From: Octopus sinensis
Taxonomy: Eukaryota
Direction: 5' to 3'
NCBI RefSeq assembly: GCF_006345805.1
Contig: NC_042998.1
Coordinates: 17,484,001 to 17,548,000 of the forward strand
Length of the DNA: 64,000 nt
The notes beneath the pieces were generated by a model that was not told where the DNA came from, made no database searches, and was given only the letters and a program-made list of their open reading frames with translations. Below, in pieces: positions 38,457 to 53,225 of the stretch (positions within the stretch are counted from its first letter, which is position 1; every line of letters starts with the position of its first letter). The position numbers and the translations under genes are program-made.

Positions 38457-39839
38457 CACTGTGCGTGTGTATGTGTTTGTTAGTGTGCCTCTGTAGACAT
38501 TATATATGTATATACATAGATATATTATACCATATATTGAAGTAGACACCACTTAACAAATTGATTTCTTTGCAAACATAGTCAAGCTTCTAATAAATCA
38601 TGGGTATACAGCACCATTCCTTTGAGGCTTCATCTTATTTATCGATACGTGTGTGCATTGCATATACAATATTTCATTCCTCGTTCTGAATTCTTTCTAG
38701 TATACTAATTATGTATGCATGGTAATAACACACCTATTGTATTGCATTCACATTTTCACTTTTATAGATATTGAATACTATTTTACGTGAATTTAACGCT
38801 TATAATAATGAAGTACAAGTCAAATACTCTGTTTTATGCCATATTTTATTAGAAGAACCAGAAGTAATTTTATGAAATATATTCAAAAACAGATATATCT
38901 CTCCCATTCAATATTAAATAGACAATATATTTTATAACGCATTCATATCATTTCCATGTCATCGATTGGTTTTAATCAATATTATGCACATTTTAGGAAA
39001 TGTCTCATTATATTTCACTGCATAGAAAGAATCATAATGGGAGAACAATGGCACTAAAAGCCTGTCACCTACATTCTTTGTATTGTTTTGATAAAAGCTA
39101 TTTTATAACTGAATTAATGTTAGCGGAAAAGTATGACCTACTGGAGATATGAAATATACATGAGTGATAGAATGTTCTATAGCTTGAATCGCGGGAGATG
39201 TTTTGCGTATTCCTTTTTGATACACTGATTGATTGTATTTAAAAAAATGCTTTTGCATGAAAGAACGATTTTTTTTTTTTGGTAAAGTACCACAAACATC
39301 TTGTGTCAAAATAAGAAATTAAGGTGAAAATAGTACAAGTAACTGAATCCAATAACTGTAATGCAACTGAGGCACAAAACAAAATATAGCGATAACCACT
39401 TAGCAAATGCCAATAAAGCATGCTTTATGGCGGAAACGTAGGAATAATAATAGTATATGTTAAAAGAAATAAGCTCTTTAAACGTAAACATTTACAAATG
39501 AAATAGAGACGATTTGTTTCAGAGAAAATTGTCCTATGTTTCAGAATTTCTACCTCCATAAATCGGTATTGAGCTGAACAAAAAGCTGTTTTTACACATT
39601 GAGTGGGGACACTTGTTATGATACGATAGGTTTTTTTTCTGGGATTATCAGAAGAAAGCGACAAGCATCTTAATCCCAAAACATTACGGTTATAATGTTG
39701 TGAACATAAAATTAGCGCACACGATAGGTGTGCAGGTCACACTCCCTCCCCACTCTACCGAAAAAAATATTCACATATGTTTGTATGAATGCATGTAGGT
39801 GCGTCATATATATATACATACATACACACACACACACAC

Positions 39840-39903
<64 letters not shown>

Positions 39904-39940
39904 CCGTACATATCTATATACGGATATATACACACACACA

Positions 39941-39994
<54 letters not shown>

Positions 39995-40646
39995 AAGCAT
40001 ACCACTACATATATATAAATATAAATATACATATATATGTATGCATATGTATGTATGCATGCATCTGTAACGGAGAAAGCTGCTTACTGATTAGGTATGT
40101 AACAATTACTAAAAATGCTAAAAGAAATGGATTAACCGTCTGGAAATATTTTTATAAATTCATGTTCCAAGAAATTTCCTGTAATTTCGATTTCTCAAGT
40201 TTATTGAATTTTTTTAAAACCCCTATTTCTCGCAAATTTAAATGTACACTGCGTCCTATCTATCACATATGTAAACATTCATTGCATTCACTGCGGAGTA
40301 TTCCATTTTAAGTTGCAAAGTCTCTCACGGTTTAATTTGCTTTTAATGTAAAAACATTATTTATTGAACGAAATTTATTTTTAAATAACCGTATAATTTT
40401 TTAACGCGGGATAGTTGTGAGATGTGCTTGGAAAGTTGGGTACTTACTACTAGAAGACAAGGAGGGGAAAACTCGAAAAAACACATTATTCACACTTTCC
40501 AAACACAACTTCAACAGTGATACGCCCCCCCCCCAATACACACTGGTCCAGAGGCATAGATACACAGACACACAAAGGAAAGGCAATGAATGTGTGCGTG
40601 TGTGCGCGGTAGTGTTTGTGGGTGCATGCGTGCGTGCGTGCGTGTG

Positions 40647-40679
<33 letters not shown>

Positions 40680-42034
40680 GTGTATGCTGCTCACTGACAA
40701 AACTTCGTGCTGCATGACTTTTGTGAAGTTTTGTCAGAGTTGCGGTTTGAAAGTTATGAATATATTTTGACACAAATTAAGTTTTCTTGTTGAAGTGAAA
40801 CTAAGGTTTTTTCTGTGTTCTTGAATGGTATACTAACATCTTCCACGCTGCAATTGATTTTGTTTCAGCATACGATCTCACACCAAGTCACTTGCTATGC
40901 AAGTACATGTCTCTAAATGCCAGCAATGACCTTCTCAGGCTCTCCAATAGTTTAAATTCTAAATAGAATCAGTCGGGGGCAGAGAGTAGGGTTCCGAAAT
41001 GTTCATGATTTTTCAATTTTTTTTTAACATATGAATGTATTTATGGGGAAAAATATTGAAAATCATCAATACATGCGTGAGTGATAAAGAAACGTGGTGT
41101 GTTGTCTTTGGATATGCTATAAACAACAACCAAATCGCCCTTAAATTACTTTTCCCTCTGAAAATATAAAAATATTTTTTTGTCAGTAATGCTCTCCCCA
41201 TGATTTTGAAGAGCAAAAAATAAAAATTGGCCGAAATAGGACCAGAGTGGAATGATGAGGGAGGGGGATGTTAATAAAAGAGTTTTCAAAACATCTTCAT
41301 ACAAAGATGCCCCCAACCATTTGTACGGCTGTGGTTTAAAAAATAAAGAAAATCACCGAAAACATTTTCCCGGCAAATTTCTTTATAATCGTATTCTATG
41401 CCGTTTGAAAGGTATTCGTATAAATCTTCATTAAAACAATCACATCTTCCTGAGGGTAACAATTCAGATCTCAAAAAATTATCTATCTCCAACCAAAATC
41501 CTCAATAAAAATTTTCAAATATAAGTACAAAAACCAACATACATAGAAATATCTATTTAGGTGCGAGCAAGTTGGAGTGCCATTTTATTTTTTTCTCATC
41601 GTTTTGGGGTTTTTTATTCTTTTTTTATGTTTTAACTTTGAAATTTATAATTTTTACATTTTTAAATAAATTTTTGCGTTATATTTTATTTTATTCCCAT
41701 TTTTATGTATGAATTTATACGCAGCCTTCTAATACCCCACTTTCACATATATCAGGAGACCTAATATATAAAATATATATATATTATAAAAAGTTTGAAA
41801 GGAATTGAAGAAATATTTATAAACACTTGGGCCCAAAAATCTACCTCCATACAACACAAGGTTTAAAATTTCTACATGCAGATCAAATTGTTTATTGAAC
41901 AGTTAAATGAACAGCTACAGAGAAACTTTCAGATTAACAAATTTTACTCTTACCCACATACTTTTATGAACATCAAAGCACAATATAAACAAATTCCTTT
42001 CCTAACAACATGACATGCCTGCCAAATAAACCTC

Positions 42035-45000
42035 ACTTTCAAAAATTTTCACCGAAAATTTTACCAAAAAGTTTTTCAAAAATTTTCACAGAAAATTTTA
42101 CCCAAAAATTTTACCCAAAAATTTTACCCATAATTTTCAAGGAAATTTTACCCAAAAATTTTTTCAAAAATTTCACCGAAACTTTTACACAAAAATTTTT
42201 CCAAAATTTTCACCGAAAATTTTACCCAAAAATTTTCCCAAAATTTTCACCGAACATTTTACCCAAAAATTTTTCCGAAATTTTCACCGAAAAATTTCAC
42301 CGAAAATTTTACCCAAAAAATTTCACAAAATTTTCACAAAATTTTCACCAAAAATTTTCCGAAAATTTTCACCCAAAATTTTACTCAAAAATTTTTCCGA
42401 AATTTTCAAGGAAGTTTTACCCAAAAATTTTTCTAAATTTTTCAGCGAAAATTTTACCTAAAAACATTACTCAAAAATTTTTCCAAAAATTTCACCGAAA
42501 ATTTTACACAAATTTTTTACAAAAATTCTTCCAAAATTTTCACCCAAAATTTTACACAAAAATTTTTCCTAAATTTTCACCAAAACTTTTAACCAAAAAT
42601 TTTTCAGAAATTTTCAAGGAATTTTCCCCAAATTTTCACCCAAAATTTTACCAAAAAATTTTTCCAAAAATTTCACCGAAAATTTTACACAAATTTTTCC
42701 AAAATTTTCACCGAAAATTTTACACAAATTTTTCACAAAAATTTTTACAAAATTTTCACCAAAAATTTTACACAAAAATTTCACCGAAAATTTTACCAAA
42801 AAATTTTTCCAAAAATTTCACCGAAAATTTTCCCCAAAAATTTTCCCAAAATTTCCACCGAAAATTTTACCCAAAAATGTTCCCAAAATTTTCACAGAAA
42901 ATTTTACACAAAAATTTTTCCAAAATTTTCTCCCAAAATTTTACCCAAAAATTTTTCCGAAATTTTCAAGGAAGTTTTACACAAAAATTTTCCGAAAATT
43001 TTCAACGAAAATTTTACCCAAACTTTTTCAAAATTTTCACCGAAAATTTTACCCAAAAACTTTTCAAAAATTTTCACCCAAAATTTTACATAAATAGTTT
43101 TCCAAAATTTTCACCGAAAATTTTACCCAAAGATGTTCCCAAATTTTCACAGAAAATTTTACCCAAAATTTTTCCAAAATTTTCACCCAAATTTTACCCA
43201 AAATTTTTCCGAAATTTTCAAGGAAGTTTTACTCAAAAATTTTCCGAAAATTTTCAACGAAAATTTTACCCAAAATTTTTCATAATTTTCACCGAAAATT
43301 TTACCCAAAAACTTTTCAAAAATTTTCACCCAAAATTTTACACAAATAGTTTTCCAAAATTTTCACCGAAAATTTTACACAAAAATTTTTCACAAAAATT
43401 TTTCCAAAATTTTCACAGAAAATTTTACACAAAACTTTTTCCGAAATTTTCAAGGAAGTTTTACTCAAAAATTTTCCGAAAATTTTCAACGAAAATTTTA
43501 CCCAAATTTTTCAAAATTTTCACCGAAACTTTTACCCAAAAATTTTCCAAAATTTTCACCCAAAAATTTTCCAAAATTTTCACCCAAAATTTTACACAAA
43601 TAGTTTTCCAAAATTTTCACCGAAAATTTTACCCAAAAATTTTACCCAGAATTTTTCGAAAATTTCACACCGAAAATTTTACCCAAATAGTTTTCGAAAA
43701 TTTCACCGAAAATTTTACACAAAAATTTCACCGAAAAATTTCACCGAAAATTTTACCCAAAAAGTTTTCGAAAATTTTCACCCAAAATTTTACACAAATA
43801 GTTTTCCAAAATTTTCACCAAAATTTTACCCAAAAACTTTTCAAAAATTTCACCGAAAATTTTACCAAAAAATTTTACCCAAAATTTTTTCAAAAATTTC
43901 ACCGAAAATTTTGGGTAAAATTTTATCCAAAAATTTTTCCAAAATTTCGCCGAAAATTTTACCCAAAAATTTTACCCAGAAATTTTTCGAAAATTTCACC
44001 GAAAATTTTACCCAAAAAGTTTCCGAAAATTTCACCGAAAATTTTACCCCAAAAATATTTCAAACATTTCACCGAAAATTTTACCCAAAAAGTTTTCGAA
44101 AATTTCACACCGAAAATTTTACCCAAAAAGTTTTCGAAAATTTCACCGAAAATTTTACCCAAAAAGTTTCCGAAAATTTCACCGAAAATTTTACCCAAAA
44201 TTTTTCCGAAAATTTTCACCCAAAATTTTACACAAATAGTTTTCCAAAATTTTCACCCAAAATTTTAGCAAAAAACTTTAAAAAAAATTTTTCCAAAAAT
44301 TTTACCCAAAATTTTTCAAAAATTTCACCGAAAATTTTGGGTAAAATTTTATCCAAAAATTTTTCCAAAATTTCGCCGAAAATTTTACCCAAAAATTTTA
44401 CCCAGAAATTTTTCGAAAATTTCACCGAAAATTTTACCCAAAAAGTTTCCGAAAATTTCACCGAAAAATTTCACCGAAAATTTTACCCAAAAATATTTCA
44501 AACATTTCACCGAAAATTTTACCCAAAAAGTTTTCGAAAATTTCACACGAAAATTTTACCCAAAAATATTTCAAACATTTCACCGAAAATGTTACCCAAA
44601 ATTTTTTCAAAAATTTTCACAAAAATTTTTACAAAATTTTCACCAAAAATTTTACACAAAAATTTCACCGAAAATTTTACCAAAAAATTTTTCCAAAAAT
44701 TTCACCGAAAATTTTCCCCAAAAATTTTCCAAAATTTCCACCGAAAATTTTACCCAAAAATGTTCCCAAATTTTCACAGAAAATTTTACACAAAAATTTT
44801 TCCAAAATTTTCTCCCAAAATTTTACCCAAAATTTTTCCGAATTTTCAAGGAAGTTTTACACAAAAATTTTCCGAAAATTTTCAACGAAAATTTTACCCA
44901 AACTTTTTCAAAAATTTTCACCGAAAATTTTACCCAAAAACTTTTCAAAAATTTTCACCCAAAATTTTACATAAATAGTTTTCCAAAATTTTCACCGAAA

Positions 45001-46590
45001 ATTTTACCCAAAGATGTTCCCAAATTTTCACAGAAAATTTTACCCAAAATTTTTCCAAAATTTTCACCCAAAATTTTACCCAAAAATTTTTCCGAAATTT
45101 TCAAGGAAGTTTTACTCAAAAATTTTCCGAAAATTTTCAACGAAAATTTTACCCAAAATTTTTCATAATTTTCACCGAAAATTTTACCCAAAAACTTTTC
45201 AAAAATTTTCACCCAAAATTTTACACAAATAGTTTTCCAAAATTTTCACCGAAAATTTTACACAAAAATTTTTCACAAAAATTTTTCCAAAATTTTCACA
45301 GAAAATTTTACACAAAACTTTTTCCGAAATTTTCAAGGAAGTTTTACTCAAAAATTTTCCGAAATTTTCAACGAAAATTTTACCCAAAATTTTTCAAAAT
45401 TTTCACCGAAACTTTTACCCAAAAATTTTCCAAAATTTTCACCCAAAAATTTTCCAAAATTTTCACCCAAAATTTTACACAAATAGTTTTCCAAAATTTT
45501 CACCGAAAATTTTACCCAAAAATTTTACCCAGAAATTTTTCGAAAATTTCACCGAAAATTTTACCCAAAAAGTTTTCGAAAATTTCACCGAAAATTTTAC
45601 CCAAAAAGTTTCCGAAAATTTCACCGAAAATTTTACCCAAAAAGTTTTCGAAAATTTTCACCCAAAATTTTACACAAATAGTTTTCCAAAATTTTCACCC
45701 AAAATTTTAGCAAAAAACTTTAAAAAAAATTTTTCCAAAAATTTTACCCAAAAATTTTTCAAAAATTTCACCGAAAATTTTGGGTAAAATTTTATCCAAA
45801 AATTTTTCCAAAATTTCGCCGAAAATTTTACCCAAAAATTTTACCCAGAAATTTTTCGAAAATTTCACCGAAAATTTTACCCAAAAAGTTTCCGAAAATT
45901 TCACCGAAAATTTTACCCAAAAATATTTCAAACATTTCACCGAAAATTTTACCCAAAAAGTTTTCGAAAATTTCACCGAAAATTTTACCCAAAAATATTT
46001 CAAACATTTTCACCGAAAATGTTACCCAAAATTTTTTCAAAAATTTTCACAGAAAATTTTAGCCAAAAATTTTTCAAATTTTTCCAAAATTTCGCCGAAA
46101 ATTTTACCCAAAAATTTTTCGAAAATTTGACCAAAAATTTTTCTAAATTTTCTCCGAAAATTTTACCCAAAAATTTTCATCGGAAATTTTACCCAAAAAT
46201 TATTCAAAAATTTTCAACGAAAATTTTACCCAAAAATCTTTCAAAAATTTTCACCGAAAATTTTACCCAAAAATTTTTCGAAAATTTTCACAGAAAATTT
46301 TACCAAAAAATTTTTCGAAAATTTTCACAGAAAATTTTACCAAAAAATTTTTCAAAAATTTTCACCGAAAATTTTACCCAAAAAATTTTTCAAAAATTTT
46401 CACCGAAAATTTTACCCAAAAATTTTTCGAAAATTTTCACCGAAAATTTTACCGAAAAATTTTTAGAAAATTTTCACCAAACATTTTTCGAAAATTTTCA
46501 CCGAAAATTCTACCCAAAATTTGCCGATAATCTTCACCAAAAATTTTACCGAACAATTATTTTGAAAATTTTCACCGAAAAATTTGAATT
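42035..46590. repeat. AAAATTTT-core satellite (11-13-bp monomers such as aaaattttcaccg / aaaattttaccc) with higher-order repeats
   Basis: Continuous 4.5 kb array. Diagnostic variants recur at spacings of about 255, 426 and about 1870-1880 bp. Confidence 0.95.
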
Positions 46591-46670
46591 AAATTAGTGG
46601 TGTATTTTCTAGTTTTAATGATACACACATACAGACACACACTCACAAGCACACCCAGAGATATTTTCAG

Positions 46671-46705
<35 letters not shown>

Positions 46706-46707
<2 letters not shown>

Positions 46708-46825
46708 TCAACCAAATCCAGTCAAAAGTTTTCTGTCGGCCCTAGGTTATGGTAGAAGTCACCTGCTCAAGGTGCCACGAATCATGTCGTTGATATGCAA
46801 GCTACTTACCATAGATACACTCCTG
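46706..46825 (+). mobile_element. Degenerate, internally rearranged SINE family B remnant
   Basis: caaccaaatcc..gtcggccctaggttatggtagaag..cctgctcaaggtgccacg..gcaagctacttacc..ctcctgcgcc matches the reverse strand of the family B head, so the SINE itself reads on the minus strand. Confidence 0.5.
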
Positions 46826-47299
46826 CGCCTACACACTCACACACACATATACATATATATATATTTACACACATATATATACATATATATATTTTTCGAT
46901 TTATGTGTGCGCGCGCTATAGTGTGTGTGTGGAGATGTGAAGATGTCTATGTGTATGTATAGATCTATGTAAGTTTGGAGACACACATTGGATATGTTGA
47001 TATTTGACACCTTAGTAATTAACTTAGCGAACAATTCTTGAATAATTACCTTAGTAAATTTTGGGCTAGCGAGGCCATCCGGTTCCATGACTAAAATTGC
47101 TTTATGATAGCAGAGATACGTTGTTTTTGATCTTGAACAGTGCCAAGAAACCTAACCTCTTCGTAGGATTAATACTTAAATAGGTGCTGGAATCACATCT
47201 TCATACTTGACTATTTTATTAATTTTGCACTGATTGTCATTTACAAGTTTATCTTCTTAGTTAGAGGTCTGCCTGTTTATCTATCTTTATATATATATA

Positions 47300-47725
47300 G
47301 GCGCAGGAGTGGTTGTGTGGTAAGTAGCTTGCTAACCAACCACATGGTTCCGGGTTCAGTCCCACTGTGTGGCATCTTGGGCAAGTGTCTTCTGCTATAG
47401 CCCCGGACCGACCAATGCCTTGTGAGTGGATTTGGTAGACGGAAACTGAAAGAAGCCTGTCGTATATATGTATATATATATATATATGTATGTATGTGTG
47501 TGTGTGTTTGTGTGTCTGTGTTTGTCCCCCTAGCATTGCTTGACAACCGATGCTGGTGTGTTTACGTCCCCGTCACTTAGCGGTTCGGCAAAAGAGACCC
47601 ATAGAATAAGTACTGGGCTTACAAAGAATAAGTCCCGGGGTCGAGTTGCTCGACTAAAGGCGGTGCTCCAGCATGGCTGCAGTCAACTGACTGAAACAAG
47701 TAAAAGAGTAAAAAGAGTAAAGAGT
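47300..47725 (+). mobile_element. tRNA-derived SINE family B, full length
   Basis: ggcgcaggagtggttgtgtggtaag (A-box-like), gggttcagtccc (B-box-like), gtggcatcttgggcaagtgtcttc, an internal (TA)(TG) tract, ataagtactggg and the tail aagtaaaagagtaaaaagagt. Confidence 0.92.
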
Positions 47726-49203
47726 AATATATGTACACACACACGTACACACGTGTATACACGCACACGCGCGCCCGTGCACACACACACATGTACACAC
47801 GCACACGCGCGCCCGTGCACACACACGCACACTCATATATACACAAGCTTAAAAGTCGCACTAAAGGGCGGCTTTTAAGTGAGCTCCTGTTTTAGAGCTC
47901 ATCATTGGACCTTGAATCCCAAAATGACACTTCATGGTTGACCGCCTCAGCTACCACCACCACTACCACCATAATCACCGTCACCTCTGCCTCTGTCATA
48001 ATTACAGCTCATACTATTACTATCATCCCATTACCCTCTCAACAGTCAATCTACTACCACCCTCACCGTCTCTATGCCTACTATTACTCTCACTCCAGCA
48101 AGAGGAGTAGAAGTGTCATTGAATAGTGAGGGAGGGAGTCAAAGCGTAACACACTGACACACAGAAATTCGTTTTGGCATTTATTATTATAGATATAGAT
48201 TATGTTTAAATTGAAATTTAGATAGGAGACTTTAAAATATAGCATCCAAACCTTGTTTTGGGTACGGCACAAGCAGTGTACATCATACACCATCCTATCA
48301 CAAACAGTTGCGAAATGTTTATATTATAACATTGCGACGTATTATGTAACCTGATGAGGATTCTTCTGCACTGCGGAGTGCATTATATCCCCACTCATAA
48401 GGGACCAGTGCAAATGTTAACTGAAACAATCGCTGTGCTGAATAAAGCTTACATGACACCCTGCCTTCCCTATCAATTATTTAAAAATATGTGTATATCT
48501 TATAGTTATATAAGCATATATTTGTGAGTCTGGTATTTCGTATATTGAGTGACTTATATGAAATTTTAAATGTGTTCCTGTATCGATATTTTATGTTCAA
48601 TTCAAGTATATGATTTCTCATTAATATGAAATACAAGTATGTAAAATCTGGCTAGCAGTCAACTGGACGTGAATTGTTTTCGTACAACGTATGGTATGTT
48701 GCAAAATGTGTCAAGCATTTATACAAATTGTGGCGGTGGTCAGAAAAATGACCGCCCAAAATTATTGAGAAGATGAATGCATGTTGTGAAAGTTTCTGAC
48801 GAAATTGAATTTTGAAGAAAAATTATCATTGGAAGAATTCACAAAAAACGCAGCTGAAATTCATATCCATTAAGAAAAAAAGGGAATCTGAAGTAATAAG
48901 CTGAAGAAATCGTCCCCATGAATAGAAACCTTTACCAGCAAGTTATCGCATGTCAATATGAGTAGAGTATCTTATGAACAGATTATGAACAACCGAACAA
49001 TGAAAAGCTATTCAAAGAAGAATTTATTCAAAATGGAGAAAGCGAAATTAGCCTTCTTTTGATGTCAGCATAAAAAGCAATGCCGACTTTACCTCGTAGT
49101 GATTTATAGAGAAAACATGTCTGAAGAGCAGAATTTTTAGAAATTTTTGTGGCAATATTATGTATTACATTTCTGAATACATTATGTATATAAATATTAA
49201 AAG

Positions 49204-49850
49204 TATCCAGAGAAACTTATAAAGTAAGATATCCGAATAGCTTAACATTGATGAAACGAGCGACACTTTGAAAAGACCCGAGATGAAGACTGATGAAACG
49301 ATTATATATTTAGTGATTCGTATAAGAAAACAGGGTCAACCAAAAACTCGATAAGAGAATATGACCAATAGTGTCATATTTGATCACCAAATTGATGTTT
49401 ACTCATTGTTATGAATAGTTGCAAATGGCAAATGTAGTAGTCTTAACACTCCACCATCCTAAGCTATATTAGAATTTTAAGACATTATCATATGGCATTA
49501 TACAACAAAAGGTTACTGGATTTCATGATGCTTGATATTAGAGATCCAGTAAGTCAAGTTTTGTTTGAAAAAGTAAATTTATGGAATACTACAATGTTGT
49601 CGGTAGGCTACCAAGAAACGCAAGAGAATCTAAAAATACAATATCATATATGTGGCATATGTTTAAAAAAATGTTACTTTTTTCAGAGTGGTCAGCCCAT
49701 AACATTTAGCATTGAAACTTCTTGAACACCGGAAAAGTCAGTTATCCAGAGAAACTTATAAAGTAAGATATCCGAATAGCTTAACATTGATGAAGCGAGC
49801 GACACTTTGAAAAGATCCGAGATGAAGACTGATGAAACGATTATATATTT
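49204..49850. repeat. 108-bp direct repeat (49204-49311 / 49743-49850), period 539
   Basis: There are two substitutions between the copies. Confidence 0.92.
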
Positions 49851-49944
49851 TATTCTAGTAATATCCATACATATTGTTTATACATTTTAAATGGTGTGAA
49901 ATATATTACATACAATCACTCCAAGGTATTCACCGAGGGTATTA

Positions 49945-50302
49945 TTAATAAATTTGGGCACAAAACCAGCAAGTTTTAAGGAGGGGTAAATCGATTACAT
50001 CGACACCAGATCTCAGCTTGTACTTATTTTATCGATCCTGAAAATGACAAGCAAAATCGATTACGGTGGAATTTATAATCAGATCGTCAAGACGGACGTA
50101 ATAACTCTAAGCATTTTGCCCGGCGTGCTAAATAAGGATTATGCGACCTCGCTGCTTTTTATTGAAATTAGTATTGATTTCATATTTTGGCACATGGTCA
50201 GCAATTTCGGGTGAGGTTTAAATCGATTACATCAATCCCAGTGTTGACGTAGCATTTATGTTATCGACCCCGTGCTAACGTTTCTGCCAGTTCGCTGCCT
50301 TA
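49945..50302 (-). mobile_element. Two adjacent degenerate SINE family A copies (about 49945-50155 and about 50180-50302)
   Basis: aagcattttgcccggcgtgctaa, gtgctaacgtttctgccagttcgctgcctt and cgattacatc...tacttattttatcgatcc match the reverse strand of family A. Confidence 0.7.
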
Positions 50303-52117
50303 AATTTCGAAATCCGTATTAAATGGAATAATAATACGTTCATATGCTCCACTCGATTACCTATTTTCCATACCAATGCAGCAGTGAATGTGATGGGCAA
50401 AGCCATTTGAAAATTCGGTATTGACAGTATTGACAGTATTGACAACACAATGTAATACTTCATTCATTTAAGTTACAATGCTTCATGGTGGAGCTGAATG
50501 TCCGGACACTTTCTGCAATTAAGAATGTGTCATTCTTGCATAAGCGTTATGTCTAACATAGAGTAATAAAACCCTAAACGTGTGAAAATCTTTAAACCCA
50601 GCAATGACATAAAACGTCAATTATATTAGTGGGAAGTCGAATGTTTATGCATATAAATTAGTCTTGAGAAATATGTCGGGAAGTTTAGCCATTATTACTA
50701 AGTCTTACACATAATAGTCGGATATGAATTAGATTCAATGCAATTTTACTGTAGCAATAGCAGCTTTAATAGGTATAACAATCCATAATTACTCCGGTTT
50801 TCTCCAGTATTATATTATTATGTTTATGGGAGGTAGATGGTAGAAAGATCACAATGAGTATTGAGTATTTCTTCGTGTACAACCGCGGAATATAGATGTG
50901 TGTATACCCCAAGTACTTTTAGCTTTATAGCTCAAAAATCTTAAGTTGTTAAGAGGACAATGTGATTGTTTTATCGTTATAAAAAGTATAGTAATTTGTA
51001 ATGTACATACAGCTGTACTTACTAGGCTTACTAAGATGCAATCAACCACATGAGTGCGAACTCTATAAATCTTATTTCAATGTTCGCTTCTTATCGATAC
51101 CTATATATATATATTTATTTATTTACTTATTTATTTATTTATTTACTCCTAAAGTAAAATCAATAAAATAATGGTATACCTTATTTGTACTGCGGCTGGT
51201 ATACTAATTATTTCAATAAAAATAAATATACTTTTCACGCAATGGTGGTAGTAGTATCAAAACATCATTTCAATTTATAGTTAATACTTGATTTAAAAAA
51301 AAAATTGTTCTACAGGCACTTTGAAAAATACACACACGAAAAACACGAATGTAAATCACGAAGAAAATAAAACAGTAAACACATATTTTAGAAATCATAC
51401 GCGAGTCATATAGTACATAAAAAAGAACTTTTTATAATTTCGTTTAAAATGTAATTGAAAATCTCGATATTGTTATTGTAACTGTATTAGGTCAAAAGTT
51501 ACATACAGGAGAGTTTATGTTAACTTGCGATATCAAAAGCGCTTAAAAAGAAATTAAAAGATCATTGTTTAAAACTGAATGAAGAAGACATTGCTTACGA
51601 AAGCAAAAATATATTGCTTAAAATGTGTATATTGATGCAACGAAAATAATATTTAGAAATTGTTAAAAGGTTTCATATAATTGGATTGTTTTAACAAATA
51701 ATTTCTTTTATCGTTTTTGTATACATTTAGATATAAAATTAAACAAGAAATGTTTAAGACAGACATGAAAATAGAACATTTGAAAGGGAGGGTGGAAGTG
51801 AAATAAAGAAAAATAATGGTATACATAAAAGTCTACGATTGATTTCTTTTAAGAATTTTATAACATTTTCATTGGGACGTATTTAAGTAAGTTGGAATGA
51901 AATGCTAAACATTATCTTTCTTGAAAACAACAATAACACCATAGTTTTTGCTTCAGTATCAATTATTGAGAAATTGATTTTTTCATAGTGATTTTATATT
52001 CCTCGCTTCGTATTTTGTTCCTCATTTTCTTCTATGGTTAATCTCCAATCAATAACAATAAAGAATTCAGTACATTAGTAAATAAAAATAAAATAAAATG
52101 CATTAGAGAAAATCAAA

Positions 52118-52175
<58 letters not shown>

Positions 52176-52790
52176 CATGAAAAATTGAGAAATTAGGTAA
52201 GCTCGTTATTTAAATAGATGTAGTGTCCATATGGGCGTATATGTATGTATGGGCTCTATGACTTATCACGTTCTGATAAGTGATTTAATATTTATCATCA
52301 TGATACACCTACTCAATTGCATCTTTGAAAAAAGTTTTCGCTTTCCGTCATTTAAGCAATCATTCATCGTTTATGTAGTTAGTAGGTATTAGGATATTCC
52401 CCCGTAAACCGGAGTTATGGTTCTAAGTTTCTTCTCCAAGAATCCAAGTTGTAATCTGTACGATTTAGTACATTTCCCTTTCCTGCAATAATATTGTGTA
52501 TAAAAATGTAATTATGTTTTCGGTACTGGAGATATACAATCTTCCTCAATGAACAAGAATGTTTGCATTATACAGAAGGGAACACAGATAGATATATATA
52601 TATGTATATATGTATGTATACGTATTATGTATGTACATATATGTTGAGGCGCAATGGGCCAGTCGTTAAGGCTGCGGATTCTCGGTCGGAGTTGAATTTT
52701 CCATGTTAAAGGTAAACATAGGAAAATTCATTCACCCATCCAAATATATATATATACATATACATTTTTATACACACACACACACACACA

Positions 52791-53080
<290 letters not shown>

Positions 53081-53110
53081 ATCAGAGAGAAAGAGATAGA
53101 TCGATCGATC

Positions 53111-53225
<115 letters not shown>

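Noticed and set aside
42010-46597. Long ORFs (752 aa, 355 aa, 192 aa) rich in F/K/P/N
   Set aside because: They are translations of the AAAATTTT satellite, whose monomers rarely contain stop codons; there is no domain structure.
48351-48400. CTGATGA followed by a ggat/atcc stem
   Set aside because: There is no GAAA after the stem and no stem III or cleavage triplet.
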